63,914 nt of DNA, filler included, from Candidatus Hydrogenedentota bacterium (GCA_040752395.1; 17 parts of 17 records of this genome joined end to end with filler, not necessarily neighbours in it), one strand, 5' to 3'. Positions 50,729 to 62,017 are shown, numbered from the whole stretch's first letter. Numbers and translations: made by a program. The notes: generated by a model not told the origin, from the sequence alone.

Positions 50729-51502
50729 ATGTCATATATTGAAAAATTAGGCAGGGGTCTTTTTTCTATCTCTCAAAAATCAGGTGAAGTAATATTTTTA
50801 TTTTTAAATACTCTGTTGCAGACACCATTTATTATCAGTAAACGAAAAATAATAATCAAGCAGATGGTATTTTGCGGTATAGAAACGATACCTGTTGCAA
50901 TTATTGTTGCTATATTCAGCGGTATGGTCATAGCTCTACAAACAGGTAAAGAGTTAATGAAATTTCAATTACAATCTCAGCTGGGAATCGTGGTTGCGGC
51001 TTCTATGTTAAGAGAAATGGGGCCTGTAATGACCGCTATTATTGTTGCGGGCCGGGTCGGCGCTGCAATGGCTGCCGAACTCGGTACTATGAAGGTTTCT
51101 GAAGAAATCGATGCTCTCACTGTTATGGAGATTAACCCTGTTAGATTTCTTGTTATGCCACGGCTCGTAGCATTACTTATTATGCAACCTGTACTTACTA
51201 TTTTTTCTGATATAATCGGTATAGCAGGTGGGGCTGTGGTGAGTAAATATAAAATAGGTATAAGTTATCAAAGGTTCTATAACGGTGCTGTTGATTTTGT
51301 TGATTTGGGTGACTTTTATACGGGTCTCGTTAAATCTATTGTTTTTGCGATCCTTATTGTTGTAATCTCCTGCTCTGAAGGTTTACAGGCTGAATACGGG
51401 AGCGAGGGTGTAGGTAAAGCGATTACACGCTCTGTTGTTTTATCATTTCTTTTTATACTTATTTTCGATTACTTCATAACTTATTTCTTTTTTGGGGTAT
51501 AA
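50729..51502 (+). CDS. mlaE: MlaE family ABC permease
   Basis: LREMGPVMTAIIVAGRVGAAMAAELGTMKVSEEIDAL. Confidence 0.93.
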   Translation: MSYIEKLGRGLFSISQKSGEVIFLFLNTLLQTPFIISKRKIIIKQMVFCGIETIPVAIIVAIFSGMVIALQTGKELMKFQLQSQLGIVVAASMLREMGPVMTAIIVAGRVGAAMAAELGTMKVSEEIDALTVMEINPVRFLVMPRLVALLIMQPVLTIFSDIIGIAGGAVVSKYKIGISYQRFYNGAVDFVDLGDFYTGLVKSIVFAILIVVISCSEGLQAEYGSEGVGKAITRSVVLSFLFILIFDYFITYFFFGV

Positions 51503-51509
51503 TGTTTCA

Positions 51510-52253
51510 ATGATAGAAGTAAGTGATTTATATAAAAGTCTTGCAGGTAAAAATGTTTTAAATGGGATAAATTTAAAGATTGATAAAGGTATCCTGCTAA
51601 CAATTATTGGTGGTAGTGGTACTGGTAAATCTGTATTTCTAAAAAATATTCTCGGATTAATGAAACCTGATAAGGGCGATATTAAGATTGATGAAGTGTA
51701 TATTACACAATGCAATAAAAAAATTTTCTCATCGATACGTAAAAAGATCGGGATGGTATTTCAGGGTAACGCTCTTTTAAGCTCTTTGACTCTTTTTGAG
51801 AATGTCGCTCTTCCGCTACGTGAACACACAAAACTCAAAGAACAGAAGATAAAAGAACTTGTGTTTGAAAAGATTGCTATGGTGAACCTGAATGGGTTTG
51901 AATATTATTATCCTGCTGAATTATCCGGCGGTATGAGAAAACGTGCGGGGATCGCAAGATCACTCATAAATAATCCTTCGATTCTACTCTACGATGAGCC
52001 GACCACAGGTCTTGACCCTGTTATAGGCAATATTATTAATAACTTAATTGTTGACTTACGTGATAGATTAGGTGTAACATCTATTGTAGTGACACACGAT
52101 ATAATAAGTGCTTTGAAAATTTCTGATAAAATAGCGATGTTATATCAGGGTAAAATTGTTTTCGAGGGTACACCCGAACAAATCAAAACCACTGATAATC
52201 CTGTTGTGCAACAGTTTATACAGGGTAAGACCGAGGGTCCTATTACAGAATAA
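51510..52253 (+). CDS. mlaF: MlaF family ABC ATPase
   Basis: GGSGTGKS, LSGGMRKR, YDEPTTGLDP. Confidence 0.93.
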   Translation: MIEVSDLYKSLAGKNVLNGINLKIDKGILLTIIGGSGTGKSVFLKNILGLMKPDKGDIKIDEVYITQCNKKIFSSIRKKIGMVFQGNALLSSLTLFENVALPLREHTKLKEQKIKELVFEKIAMVNLNGFEYYYPAELSGGMRKRAGIARSLINNPSILLYDEPTTGLDPVIGNIINNLIVDLRDRLGVTSIVVTHDIISALKISDKIAMLYQGKIVFEGTPEQIKTTDNPVVQQFIQGKTEGPITE

Positions 52254-52306
52254 ATAAATTTGCAATTTACAATGGAGCGAAGTGACAGGGGGTTATAAGC
52301 ATATTT

Positions 52307-53023
52307 ATGCAAATATCTGCTGAGAAAAAAGTTGGCTGTGTATTTTTAATCGGAATGATTGCACTTGCTGTTATTACTATCATTCTTGGAAATTTCACCA
52401 TTTTTGATAGAGGCAAAATATACTATATTATTTTTGATGATGTTCGAGGACTGAATGTAGGTGATGCTGTAAGACTATCCGGGCTCGAGGTTGGTAAGGT
52501 ACAGGCTCTGGATATAGCAGGAAATAAAATCAAGGTCACTATCTGGACTCAATCTAATGTTGTACTTCGGGAAGGCTGCAGAATATATGTTCAGGATGAC
52601 ACACTAATAGGCGGTAAAGTGCTTGCAATAACAATGGCACCTTCTACTAATCCTACAATCCCGGTTTATAGCACAATCTATGGCGATAAACCTGAGACAG
52701 CTAAAGATGTGTTTAATGAGTTGGCTGCTCTGGGGAGCGACATCAGGGAATTGGTGGTCTCTTTTAATGAGAACCAGAAAATATTTTTTAATAAAATCAA
52801 TAAAATCCTGACCGATGATAGAGAGGCATTTCTTATAACTCTTGAAAACTTCAATAATATGGCGCTTGATTTTCAGGATGTAGCAGAAAGAGCTATCGCT
52901 ATTATTAAAAAGATTGAGGAGGCTGAAGGGACAGTTGGAAAACTGATCTCAAGCGATGAGATTTATGTTGATGCTAAAGATATATCAGAAAAAATTAATC
53001 GTANNNNNNNNNNNNNNNNNNNN
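52307..53023 (+). CDS. mlaD: MlaD/MCE domain protein, partial
   Basis: GLNVGDAVRLSGLEVGKV. Confidence 0.88.
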
Positions 53024-53159
53024 NNNNNNNNNNNNNNNNNNNNNNNNTTAATTAATTAANNNNNNNNNNNNNNNNNNNNNNNNNNNNNNNNNNNNNNNNN
53101 NNNTGGCACAAAGGATATTAGGGGATGGGTCATAGGGGATGGGGTATATTAGGGGTCGG

Positions 53160-53312
53160 GAGTCGAGAGTCGTGAGTCAAAACAGGACTCGAGACTCAAG
53201 ACTCAAGACTCAAGACTTTTCAGCAGGCTCCGGGCTTCGGGCTCCAGCTGGCTGGAGTCCGTAGCCTGTAGCCTGTCCTGATACTTCTCACTTCTTACTT
53301 TTTCATGGGAGG
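53160..53312 (+). repeat. Leader element copy 11
   Basis: Both heptamer hairpins, then a shortened end TTTTTCATGGGAGG; ATG at 53318. Confidence 0.92.
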
Positions 53313-53317
53313 ATTTT

Positions 53318-53986
53318 ATGAAAATTTTTGTTGATAATTTTTTCTCTAAAATGAGAAACTATTTTCTTACAGGACTCCTTGTAGTTGTCCCCTTTATAGC
53401 AACCATACTTTTTATTAAGATCATAATACAAATTTATCACAACATATTTAAACCTGCTATTTTTTTATTTGCACCTTTCCAAATACCTGTACCAAATTTT
53501 TTAATACCGTTGATTGGAACAGTTATTGGTGTTCTTCTTATAATATTTATAGGTATGTTTACAAAGAATATAATAGGAAAGAGGATTGTCTCTACAGGGG
53601 AGAGATTTCTTCAGAATGTCCCGTTTATAAGGACTATATATAAATTAGTTAAACAACTCATAGAATATACTTTATATTCACAAAAACAACTTCTTAAAGG
53701 CGTTGTTCTAATAGAATGGCCTAAAAAGGGTGTATACGTAATTGGTTTTATAACATCTGAGAGTAATATGAAATTTTTGGGACTTGAAGATAAAAAAATG
53801 ATAAATGTTTTTATTCCAACACCACCTAATCCTGCATCAGGTTTTTTTGTTATGGTTAGTGAAGATGTTGTTACCAGGCTTGATATGAGTATAGAGGATG
53901 CTTTAAAATTAATAGTATCTCTTGGCATTGTTTCTGGCGATGATTCATTACAACATCTTGCTTCTAAACAAGGCGACAGAAGGTAA
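53318..53986 (+). CDS. DUF502 family membrane protein
   Basis: YFLTGLLVVVP, VPFIRTIY, FIPTPPNPASGF. Confidence 0.9.
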   Translation: MKIFVDNFFSKMRNYFLTGLLVVVPFIATILFIKIIIQIYHNIFKPAIFLFAPFQIPVPNFLIPLIGTVIGVLLIIFIGMFTKNIIGKRIVSTGERFLQNVPFIRTIYKLVKQLIEYTLYSQKQLLKGVVLIEWPKKGVYVIGFITSESNMKFLGLEDKKMINVFIPTPPNPASGFFVMVSEDVVTRLDMSIEDALKLIVSLGIVSGDDSLQHLASKQGDRR

Positions 53987-53989
53987 GTT

Positions 53990-55787
53990 ATGAGAAAATC
54001 ATTAATTATTATCTTTTTCCTGGTCTGTAACGAGGTAAATGCGTATGTTGGTCCTGGTGCTGGTTTCGTTATAGGGGGTGTATCCGGTATTTTATTAATA
54101 GTTATTTTTTCTATATTGTTTACCATTGTTGTGTTACCTTTTTCTTTTTTTATCAAAGAATTCATCTATAAAAAGCCTGAACATAAACCCTTGAAAAACA
54201 GGGTAATAATAATCGGTTTTGATGGACTTGACCCTGAGATATTAAACAGATACATAGAAAGCGGGTTAATAAAAAATATCAATAAATTCTTTATAAATAA
54301 ATTAAAAACAACCAACCCGGCAATCTCGCCTGTTGCCTGGTCAAGCTTTGTAACAGGCGTAAATCCCGGGAAACATAATATATTTGATTTTTTAAAAAAA
54401 AATCATAGCACCCATTCATTACAATTGTCTTTAACTGATATTAATTATACTGAAAAAAAGTTTAGATCATTAAGAAAAAGCAGAAGTTTTATAAATATAT
54501 TAAAGGATTATAGGATACCCTGCTATTGTATAAGAATACCCGGAACATTTCCGCCCCAGGAACAAATATGTGGTTATTTACTCTCCGGGTTCCCCTGCCC
54601 TGATATCAAAGGAACCCAGGGCGAATATATATTGCTCTCCTGGAATACAAATAATTTTTCCGCAGATATAACAGGTCCGAAAATCAAAAACGAGATATTA
54701 AAAGTAAAAATTACCGGGAGTATTAATAAAGAAAAAAGAGAGGTAGAAATAAATTTACAGAATAAAAAAATTATCTTAAAAGAAAGAGAGTATTCTGACT
54801 GGGTGGAAGTAGTATTTGGCGATGTCTCTGCTATCACACGATTTTTACTACTCTCAATAGAACCTTATGTAAAAATATATTTAACACCTCTTAATGTAAA
54901 TCCTCTAAAACCTGTTTTCCCGGTATCTCAACCAAATGTATATTCGGTCTACTTATCTAAAAAATTAGGGTTATTTTCAACTCTCGGGATGGCTGAGGAT
55001 ACCGCTGCGCTAAAACAAGGCATAATTGATAAAGCTGATTATCTAAATCAATGCTATATCTATCAAAAAGAACGAGAAAAAATATTTTATGATATTTTAG
55101 ATAAATTTGATAAAGGAGTGTTTACATTTGTCTTTGATATACCTGATAGAATCCAGCATATTTTTATAGACGAGGATGAAGTTATAAAAGAGCTATATTG
55201 TTATATTGATAACTTTGTTTTGAAAATCATAGAAAAATTAAAAGATTCAGAAGACTATTATCTAATAATAATCTCTGATCACGGTATCAGTAATTATAGA
55301 CGAAGCTTTAATCTAAATACGTTTTTACTAAAGAATGGATACCTTATTCTACAAAAAGAGGTTGATAAGCTGGACCTCTCTTTTGCAGATTGGGACAAAA
55401 CCAAAGCATATTCATTCGGATTTAACGGTATATATTTAAATTTGAAAGATAGTGGGAGTCAAAGTATTGCTTTGATAAAACAGGAGATAAAAGATAAATT
55501 ACTTAATTTAAGTGATAATGGGATTAAACCTGTTAATTCAGTATACTTCAAAGAAGAAATCTATAAAGGACCTTATCTTGATAATGCCCCTGATATCATT
55601 ATTGGTTATAATAAAGGATACAGAACGTCGTTCGAATCTGCAAAAGGTATTATTGAAGAGAAAATAATAAGTGATAATCTGTTATGCTGGGTTGGTGACC
55701 ATAGTATAGACCCTGAATTTGTTAAAGGGGTTTGTATAACGAATTTTACACAGAAGGCGGACCCTGAGATAATTGATATAGCTCCAA
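53990..55787 (+). CDS. Alkaline phosphatase superfamily (type I phosphodiesterase-like) protein, partial
   Basis: IGFDGLDP, SPVAWSSFVTGVNPGKH, SDHG, GDH. Confidence 0.88.
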
Positions 55788-55887
55788 NNNNNNNNNNNNN
55801 NNNNNNNNNNNNNNNNNNNNNNNNNNNNNNNTTAATTAATTAANNNNNNNNNNNNNNNNNNNNNNNNNNNNNNNNNNNNNNNNNNNN

Positions 55888-58570
55888 CCGAAGATACTTT
55901 GCTTTCTTGTTCAGGAAATAAAATCTATAAACATCGGGGAATATCACCAGAAATAGATAGCTATTTTGAAGTTTTTGATATCCCTGTTCCGAATTTTACA
56001 GGACTGACTATTGCTAATAACAATCTTATTTCTTGCGATGATGCAGGAAATAAGATAAGGGTTCATTCTGGGATTTCGGCAATAATAAATTCTTCTTTTC
56101 CCTCGCCTGCTTCAAACCCTTCTGGGCTTTATTATGACGGCATTGACCTTTGGAGCTGTGATAAAGGAACATCAAAGATTTATCATCATTCTGGAATATC
56201 AGCAACAATAACAGAAAATTTTGATAGCCCAGGGAAAATTCCAACAGGTCTTTCTTGCGATAATGCAAAAAATCTTATTTCTGGTAATTGTGAAAGATAT
56301 GGAAGATTTATTGCAGAAAGAAAGACAATAAATGCTGTTAATAAAGAAGCACCACAAATTTGTATATATAACAATATGATATATCTTGTATGGCATCAAT
56401 TAGAAACTTATGGAAGAACATATGTTGCTAAAATGAATTTAGATAGAACAGCTTTTTCTGTTATAAAAATAATTGATACAGCCTACACTGTTCATTTTAA
56501 ATTTCCTCAATTTTCAATTGTAAATGATAAAATATATGGTGTTACATTTGATTATATTGCAACAGAAGCAGAAAATATACATTCTTTTATTATGAATTTA
56601 GATGGAAGTGGGTATAGTATGGATACAATTTGGTCGATATCTACTGGAATATATGAGCTTCAATTTCAAATATATGAAAATACAAAATATTATTTAATTA
56701 CTTATAATTCTGGAGGTTATAGACAAATTGCTTTAGGAGTTTTACCCCTTTCAAGTCTCAGTGGTCTTTCTGCAGTAACATTAACAACTTCTTCTGTCCA
56801 TAAATATGATGTTCAATTTCATATATATAATAATAAGATATATTATGTATGGGTTGAAAATAATCATATTTGGGTTGCAACTTCTCAATTAGATAGAACA
56901 GGATTTTTTGCAGTTCAAAAAACTTCAACATCTTTTGAAAGGGCAAAACCTCAGTTGCAAGTTAAAGATAATAAAATTTATTATATTTGGCAACAAAAAG
57001 ATGCTTTAGGTATCTGGCAGTTATGGACTGCGGTAATGAATATTGATGGAACTGAATGGGAAGAAACTAAAAGGTCAAATACACTTACTCATTGTCAAAA
57101 TCCTCAATTATTAGTTGGAAATGATGGTATTTATTATGTTTTTCAATTCAATACAGGAAGTTATAACCAAATTTATACTGCTACTATTTCTTTAGATGAT
57201 ATAATAAATACTTTTATTGGAATAGAACGAACAAATGATTCTTATCATAATATTACACCACAATTTCAAAGACAAGAAAATAATATATATTATGTTTGGA
57301 TTAAACAGGAAGCTAATCATCAAATTTGGAGTGCAATAACAAATTTAGGAACTATTTTTGTCCATAAGCAAAAAAGCAGTTTAATAGACCGAAGTTATAT
57401 AACTTCTGATAATATTGATGACATTTATTACGATGGCACTAATCTTATTTCTTGCGATATAACTGCTAAAAAGATAACGATTTATGATGGAATAAGCAAT
57501 ACAATTAAAAATAGTTTTACAATATCTCACGAATCATATGGACTATCTTTTGCTTCTATTGTTAAAACATCAAATCTTCAGGTTGATATATGCGATTTTG
57601 CAATCTTAAACGATACTTTAATAATAGTTACGGGTAAAAAATGGCTGTTAAGATGGACAGGAAGCGGTAATTTAATTTCAAATGTGCCAACAACTTCATT
57701 TCAGCAATTTCCTGTAATAAAATATTGTAAAGTCTTCAAAAATGTTGCCATTGGAGTAGATATAAATAATCCTTCAAGGCTTAAATGGTGCTTCTGGAAT
57801 ATGCCAGATACTTGGTATGACAGTAGTTATATTGATATAGATAAGGATAATGGAGAAATTATTAAGGGATTAAGCTTATTTAGGAACGATTTGATTGTTT
57901 TTAAAGAAAATTACCTTTATAAAGTCTCTTATACAGGGGATGCTATGATTCCTTTCATTTATGACAAAATTGACAATGTAGGGACAGTTGGACATAAGAC
58001 TGTAGTTTTGGTTGAAGGCTTGCTTTATTTTATCGCAAAAGATGGGATATATATCTTTGATGGGGTATTATCAAAAAAAATATCTTTTTTAATTCCTAAT
58101 ACATTTGCTAGATTTTTATCGCAACATTACGATAAGATAGTAGCAATTGATGTAAAGTCTTTACATCAAATTTGGTGGACAATTCCAGAGCCAGAAATAG
58201 CTGGAAATGCTACAGTATTGATTTATGATTATTTCCTAAATTGCTTTTGGACATCTTGCCAGAAGGAAGCTAATTATTTCAGTTGTTTTGAATTTGTCAG
58301 TAATGAATATCTAGCAGGAGGGGCTAAATCTGCTGCTTATATTTACAAATTAAATGAAGGAGATACTGCAGATGATAGTGCTTATTTTGCAGGAATATTT
58401 TATAGTAAGCGATTAGATTTTGGGCTTCCAAACAAATGGAAGCAGGTTAGAAAAATATTTCTTGATGTAAAGGCTTCCGGGAATTATAATTTAGGTATAG
58501 CTGTAAAGGTTGATGATGGTTTGTGGTCAACTGAAAAAACAATAAGTTTGTTAAATTCTCAAGAAAGAAT
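55888..58570 (+). CDS. Phage virion stabilisation/tail-like beta-propeller protein, partial at both ends
   Basis: C-terminal DNGEIIKGL..FRNDLIVFKE...VGTVGH...LYFIAKDGIYIFDG segment plus repeated IYYVW blades. Confidence 0.6.
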
Positions 58571-58670
58571 NNNNNNNNNNNNNNNNNNNNNNNNNNNNNN
58601 NNNNNNNNNNNNNNTTAATTAATTAANNNNNNNNNNNNNNNNNNNNNNNNNNNNNNNNNNNNNNNNNNNN

Positions 58671-59112
58671 CATCATTAGGTATAGTAAATGCTGCTATAG
58701 TATGAGTAAATTGCAATGCAGCGTCTTGGTTATAATGTATAATTTTATAATTCTGCAGATTGATGCCGGTTATACCAATAAGCTCTACAAACTCTTGGGT
58801 ACCAGACTGTGTCCTTATTTCATTTATTCTAACCAAGGGTGTGGTTCCTGTTGGGGGGTTTGACATCACCTCGCTTATCTGTAAAGCTCTATTAGTCTTC
58901 ATTTTATTATAAAGTTTTTCAACTGCGTATGCTATGCCGTATTCAGCAGCTGCAAAAAGCTTTGCTTCTCTAAGAAAATTGCCAGCTACTACGATCTCTG
59001 ATAACATTATCTCAGAAAAAACTAAAGTTAACCCGAGTAAAATAAAGAGTATGTAGATAGCTAACGCGGTTGCAAATCCTTTGTTTTTTGTTAAATGATT
59101 AAATAATTTCAT
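58671..59112 (-). CDS. PilX-like minor pilin, partial
   Basis: NKG|FATALAI...FAAAEYGI. Confidence 0.78.
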
Positions 59113-59140
59113 AAAAAACTCTCCTTGCTACTCATTCACT

Positions 59141-59872
59141 TTAATAAAACCTCTTCACTTTCCAGCAATATGGCCGAATTAACATCGCCATCTTTTCAGT
59201 TGCGGTTCCAGCATCGTTCGTTCCTGTTAATTTGACTCTGATAAGCGGCAAAACACTTTTGGAGCCAGTGGCATCCGGGGTTCCATCACCACCAGCTTCC
59301 CAGTTAGCACTACTTAGTCCTGCAAGATTACTCCCACACTCTATAGTGAAATTTGTAATATTAATACCCTGAATATCAGCTAAATCAGGTCCTGTAATAT
59401 CACATAACGGATCAAGCTGGGTCTCTTTTTCAGTAGCAGCTGTGATACTCTCACTATTAGAAGGGTCTATTTTTCGCTGTAAACACCAGTGTTGAAAATC
59501 ATCATAATTAGGTGGTGTATATTGCTGATAGGTATAAGCTATTTCAACTATATCGCTTGCTACTGTTGATGCCATTCCAGAGCTTGCTCTCACACAATTA
59601 AATCTAACTTTAGAGCCTGTGGCTCTAAACTCAGGGTGTGCGGTACCAGAATTAATCGGGTCAAGTATAGGGATAGCAGCCCGCAGGTCTTTACCTAATC
59701 TGTCAAGCGATTCTCGCATCTCGATTAAAATATCAAGATTTTTATTAGCGTTTCTAAAGATTTTAACGTACTGGGCAAAGAGTCTGCCAAGCGCAATAAA
59801 TATTATAGCTGCAACAACAATCGAGACAAGCAGCTCAACAAGCGTCATACCTTTTTTAGATTTTAATCTCAT
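59141..59872 (-). CDS. PilW-like prepilin
   Basis: KKG|MTLVELLVSIV...LGKDLRAA. Confidence 0.85.
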   Translation of the reverse strand: MRLKSKKGMTLVELLVSIVVAAIIFIALGRLFAQYVKIFRNANKNLDILIEMRESLDRLGKDLRAAIPILDPINSGTAHPEFRATGSKVRFNCVRASSGMASTVASDIVEIAYTYQQYTPPNYDDFQHWCLQRKIDPSNSESITAATEKETQLDPLCDITGPDLADIQGINITNFTIECGSNLAGLSSANWEAGGDGTPDATGSKSVLPLIRVKLTGTNDAGTATEKMAMLIRPYCWKVKRFY

Positions 59873-59880
59873 AATAACGA

Positions 59881-59955
59881 CTCCTCTGAAAAACATTGTA
59901 ACTCTAATAATATCAAATAGAAGCAAGAGGCAAGAGGCAAGAAGAACGTTGTGCC
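59881..59955 (-). repeat. Leader element copy 12 (short)
   Basis: CTTGCCT/CTTGCTT array plus the conserved 3' end with GAGGAG. Confidence 0.92.
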
Positions 59956-59984
59956 TCTAACTACTATCTCATCTCATTATGTCT

Positions 59985-60398
59985 TTAATTATTTATTATA
60001 TCATTAAAAATAATACACGGTATAGTATCTGAGAAAGAATCGCCAGCTGAAATTTTTATATCAGCTTGTCTTACTATATCACTCGCAGAACCATCATCTA
60101 CATCTTTTACAGTGTACTGCCAGGCCCAGATACTCGGTATGCCTTCAAGACCTAAAGTATTTGGATCACTATTAAAACCACCGCTATTACTAGAACCAAG
60201 AGAAAGAAACCCTAATGTTTTAATATATGAAGCAGCTGAATAATATAATATAGATGCATAGATTTGTTTTTCATTGTTAGTATAGGCTTTTAAACTTATT
60301 GGGATAGCTCTTGTTACACCTACAAGACCTATGCCGATTATAATAGAAGCTACCAGAACATCAATAAGCGAAAACCCTTTTTTAGTTTTTAAGTTCAT
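59985..60398 (-). CDS. PilV-like prepilin
   Basis: KKG|FSLIDVLVASII. Confidence 0.8.
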   Translation of the reverse strand: MNLKTKKGFSLIDVLVASIIIGIGLVGVTRAIPISLKAYTNNEKQIYASILYYSAASYIKTLGFLSLGSSNSGGFNSDPNTLGLEGIPSIWAWQYTVKDVDDGSASDIVRQADIKISAGDSFSDTIPCIIFNDIINN

Positions 60399-60404
60399 AA
60401 AAAA

Positions 60405-60615
60405 ACTCCTCTGAAAAACGCTGTAACTCTAATAATTCGGGGTACAGGCTACAGGCTACGGACTACAGCCGGCTGGAGCCCCCTATGAAAAGTCTTGAGT
60501 CTTGAGTCCTGTTTTGACTCACGACTTGCGACTTGTGACTCACGACTCTTTTCATATCATCTTTAGTTTTTCATCCTTTGTGTAGAGCGCAACCCGCTCT
60601 CATGACGACTCCTCT
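60405..60615 (-). repeat. Leader element copy 13 (both ends visible)
   Basis: AGAGGAGT-cgtc-ATGAGAGCGGGTTGCGCTCTACAC ... TTTTTC-AGAGGAGT. Confidence 0.95.
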
Positions 60616-60644
60616 ACTCAAGAAACAAGATGCAAGATAACAGT

Positions 60645-61199
60645 TTACGAAAAAGCTGGGAACGGAGTATTCCCGCCTTTTTTATAGTATCTTGGTTTTT
60701 GTGTCATATTACTCGGGATTATTGTTCTATATTTGGATTCTTGACCCGCGGCATAAGGTACATCTTTTGGTGCATAGTGGATTGAGCCAGGGGGGTCACC
60801 ATTATCTCGCTGAACCGTGCCATGACTGTTAAATTTATATACATAATCAGTAGTAATATTAGTAACACCAGCTAAGTTTATTCTCTTTGGTAATGTTCTT
60901 ACCATATATTTCTGCTCATCGGTATAAGCATTATCCTGATCTTCATCAATATAAACCTCCATTTTTTCATCCTGTGGTTTCATAACAAGATAAACATCTC
61001 TATTCCTTACTTTTGATAGCCGCGAGCATGCATTTATTGTGGATAAAATTATTCTCTGAGCAGAATCCATATCCATAGTGCTCTCCATTTGTTTAAATTT
61101 AGGCATTGCAGCAATAGCTGTTATGCCTATAATAGCAATAACTATAATCAATTCTAATAGTGTAAACCCTGTTTGTGCTTTTTTATTTTGAAATATCAT
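60645..61199 (-). CDS. FimT/GspH-like prepilin
   Basis: TG|FTLLELIIVIAIIGI...MPKF, FNSHG. Confidence 0.85.
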   Translation of the reverse strand: MIFQNKKAQTGFTLLELIIVIAIIGITAIAAMPKFKQMESTMDMDSAQRIILSTINACSRLSKVRNRDVYLVMKPQDEKMEVYIDEDQDNAYTDEQKYMVRTLPKRINLAGVTNITTDYVYKFNSHGTVQRDNGDPPGSIHYAPKDVPYAAGQESKYRTIIPSNMTQKPRYYKKGGNTPFPAFS

Positions 61200-61207
61200 A
61201 GTAGTAT

Positions 61208-61309
61208 CTCCTCTGAAAAACATTGTAACTCTAATGATATCAAGTAGAAGCAAGAAGCAAGAGGCAAGAAGCAAGATAACGAAAAAGAAAGATAACGAAA
61301 GAAGCAAGA
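61208..61309 (-). repeat. Leader element copy 14
   Basis: CTTGCTT array plus conserved end with GAGGAG; ATG at 61199. Confidence 0.92.
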
Positions 61310-61439
61310 NNNNNNNNNNNNNNNNNNNNNNNNNNNNNNNNNNNNNNNNNNNNTTAATTAATTAANNNNNNNNNNNNNNNNNNNNNNNNNNNNNNNNNNN
61401 NNNNNNNNNATGAAGGTATTGCAAAGTGGAAAAGAATGA

Positions 61440-61685
61440 TTACATCATAAGGAAGGTTTTTAAGACAAGGGATATAACACCGGCTAATACCACACCTACC
61501 ATCCATTTAAGAAGCCTGATTTCAACTTCAACTTCTTTCAGACGAAGGTCAAGATACTCTTTTGTTACAAGACGCTCTCCTATAGTTTCTCTGAAAACCT
61601 CTGCTATCTCTTTAGCGGCTATATCCGATAGTTCGGCTTTTTTTAGCCTTTCGTATATCTTCAGTGTATCAAATACTGCTTCCAT
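61440..61685 (-). CDS. DUF1640-like protein
   Basis: FDTLKIYERLKKA...LVTKEYLD...LLKWMVG. Confidence 0.8.
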   Translation of the reverse strand: MEAVFDTLKIYERLKKAELSDIAAKEIAEVFRETIGERLVTKEYLDLRLKEVEVEIRLLKWMVGVVLAGVISLVLKTFLMM

Positions 61686-61811
61686 GATTGGATTATACAG
61701 ATATGGTCATGTTTTTGCAATGAAAAAATATTTTGTTAGTTATATACACAAACCGAAATAAATTTTAGAGGGGGTCTGTTTAAAGAGGAAAAAAATAGTT
61801 AAGTTGTTAGT

Positions 61812-61980
61812 ATGCAAATCGAGCTAACAGAAAAAGAAAAAGCGGAATTAAGACGCTATCACAGAACGATAAAGGATGGGAAAAAAAGGGATAGGATAAA
61901 AGCGATATTATTGTTAGATGAAGGATATAGTGTAACGGAAATAAGCCATATATTATTGATAGAAGAGAACACAGTAAAAT
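61812..61980 (+). pseudogene. IS630-like transposase N-terminal HTH fragment
   Basis: IELTEKEKAEL...RDRIKAILLLDEGYSVTEISHILLIEENTV, then interrupted. Confidence 0.65.
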
Positions 61981-62017
61981 CTTTGTCATCAAATTATGCG
62001 AAAAATGGAAAAGAAAT

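Noticed and set aside
3007-61409. Recurring TTAATTAATTAA within N runs
   Set aside because: Artificial contig spacer with stops in all frames. Adjacency across gaps is not biological.
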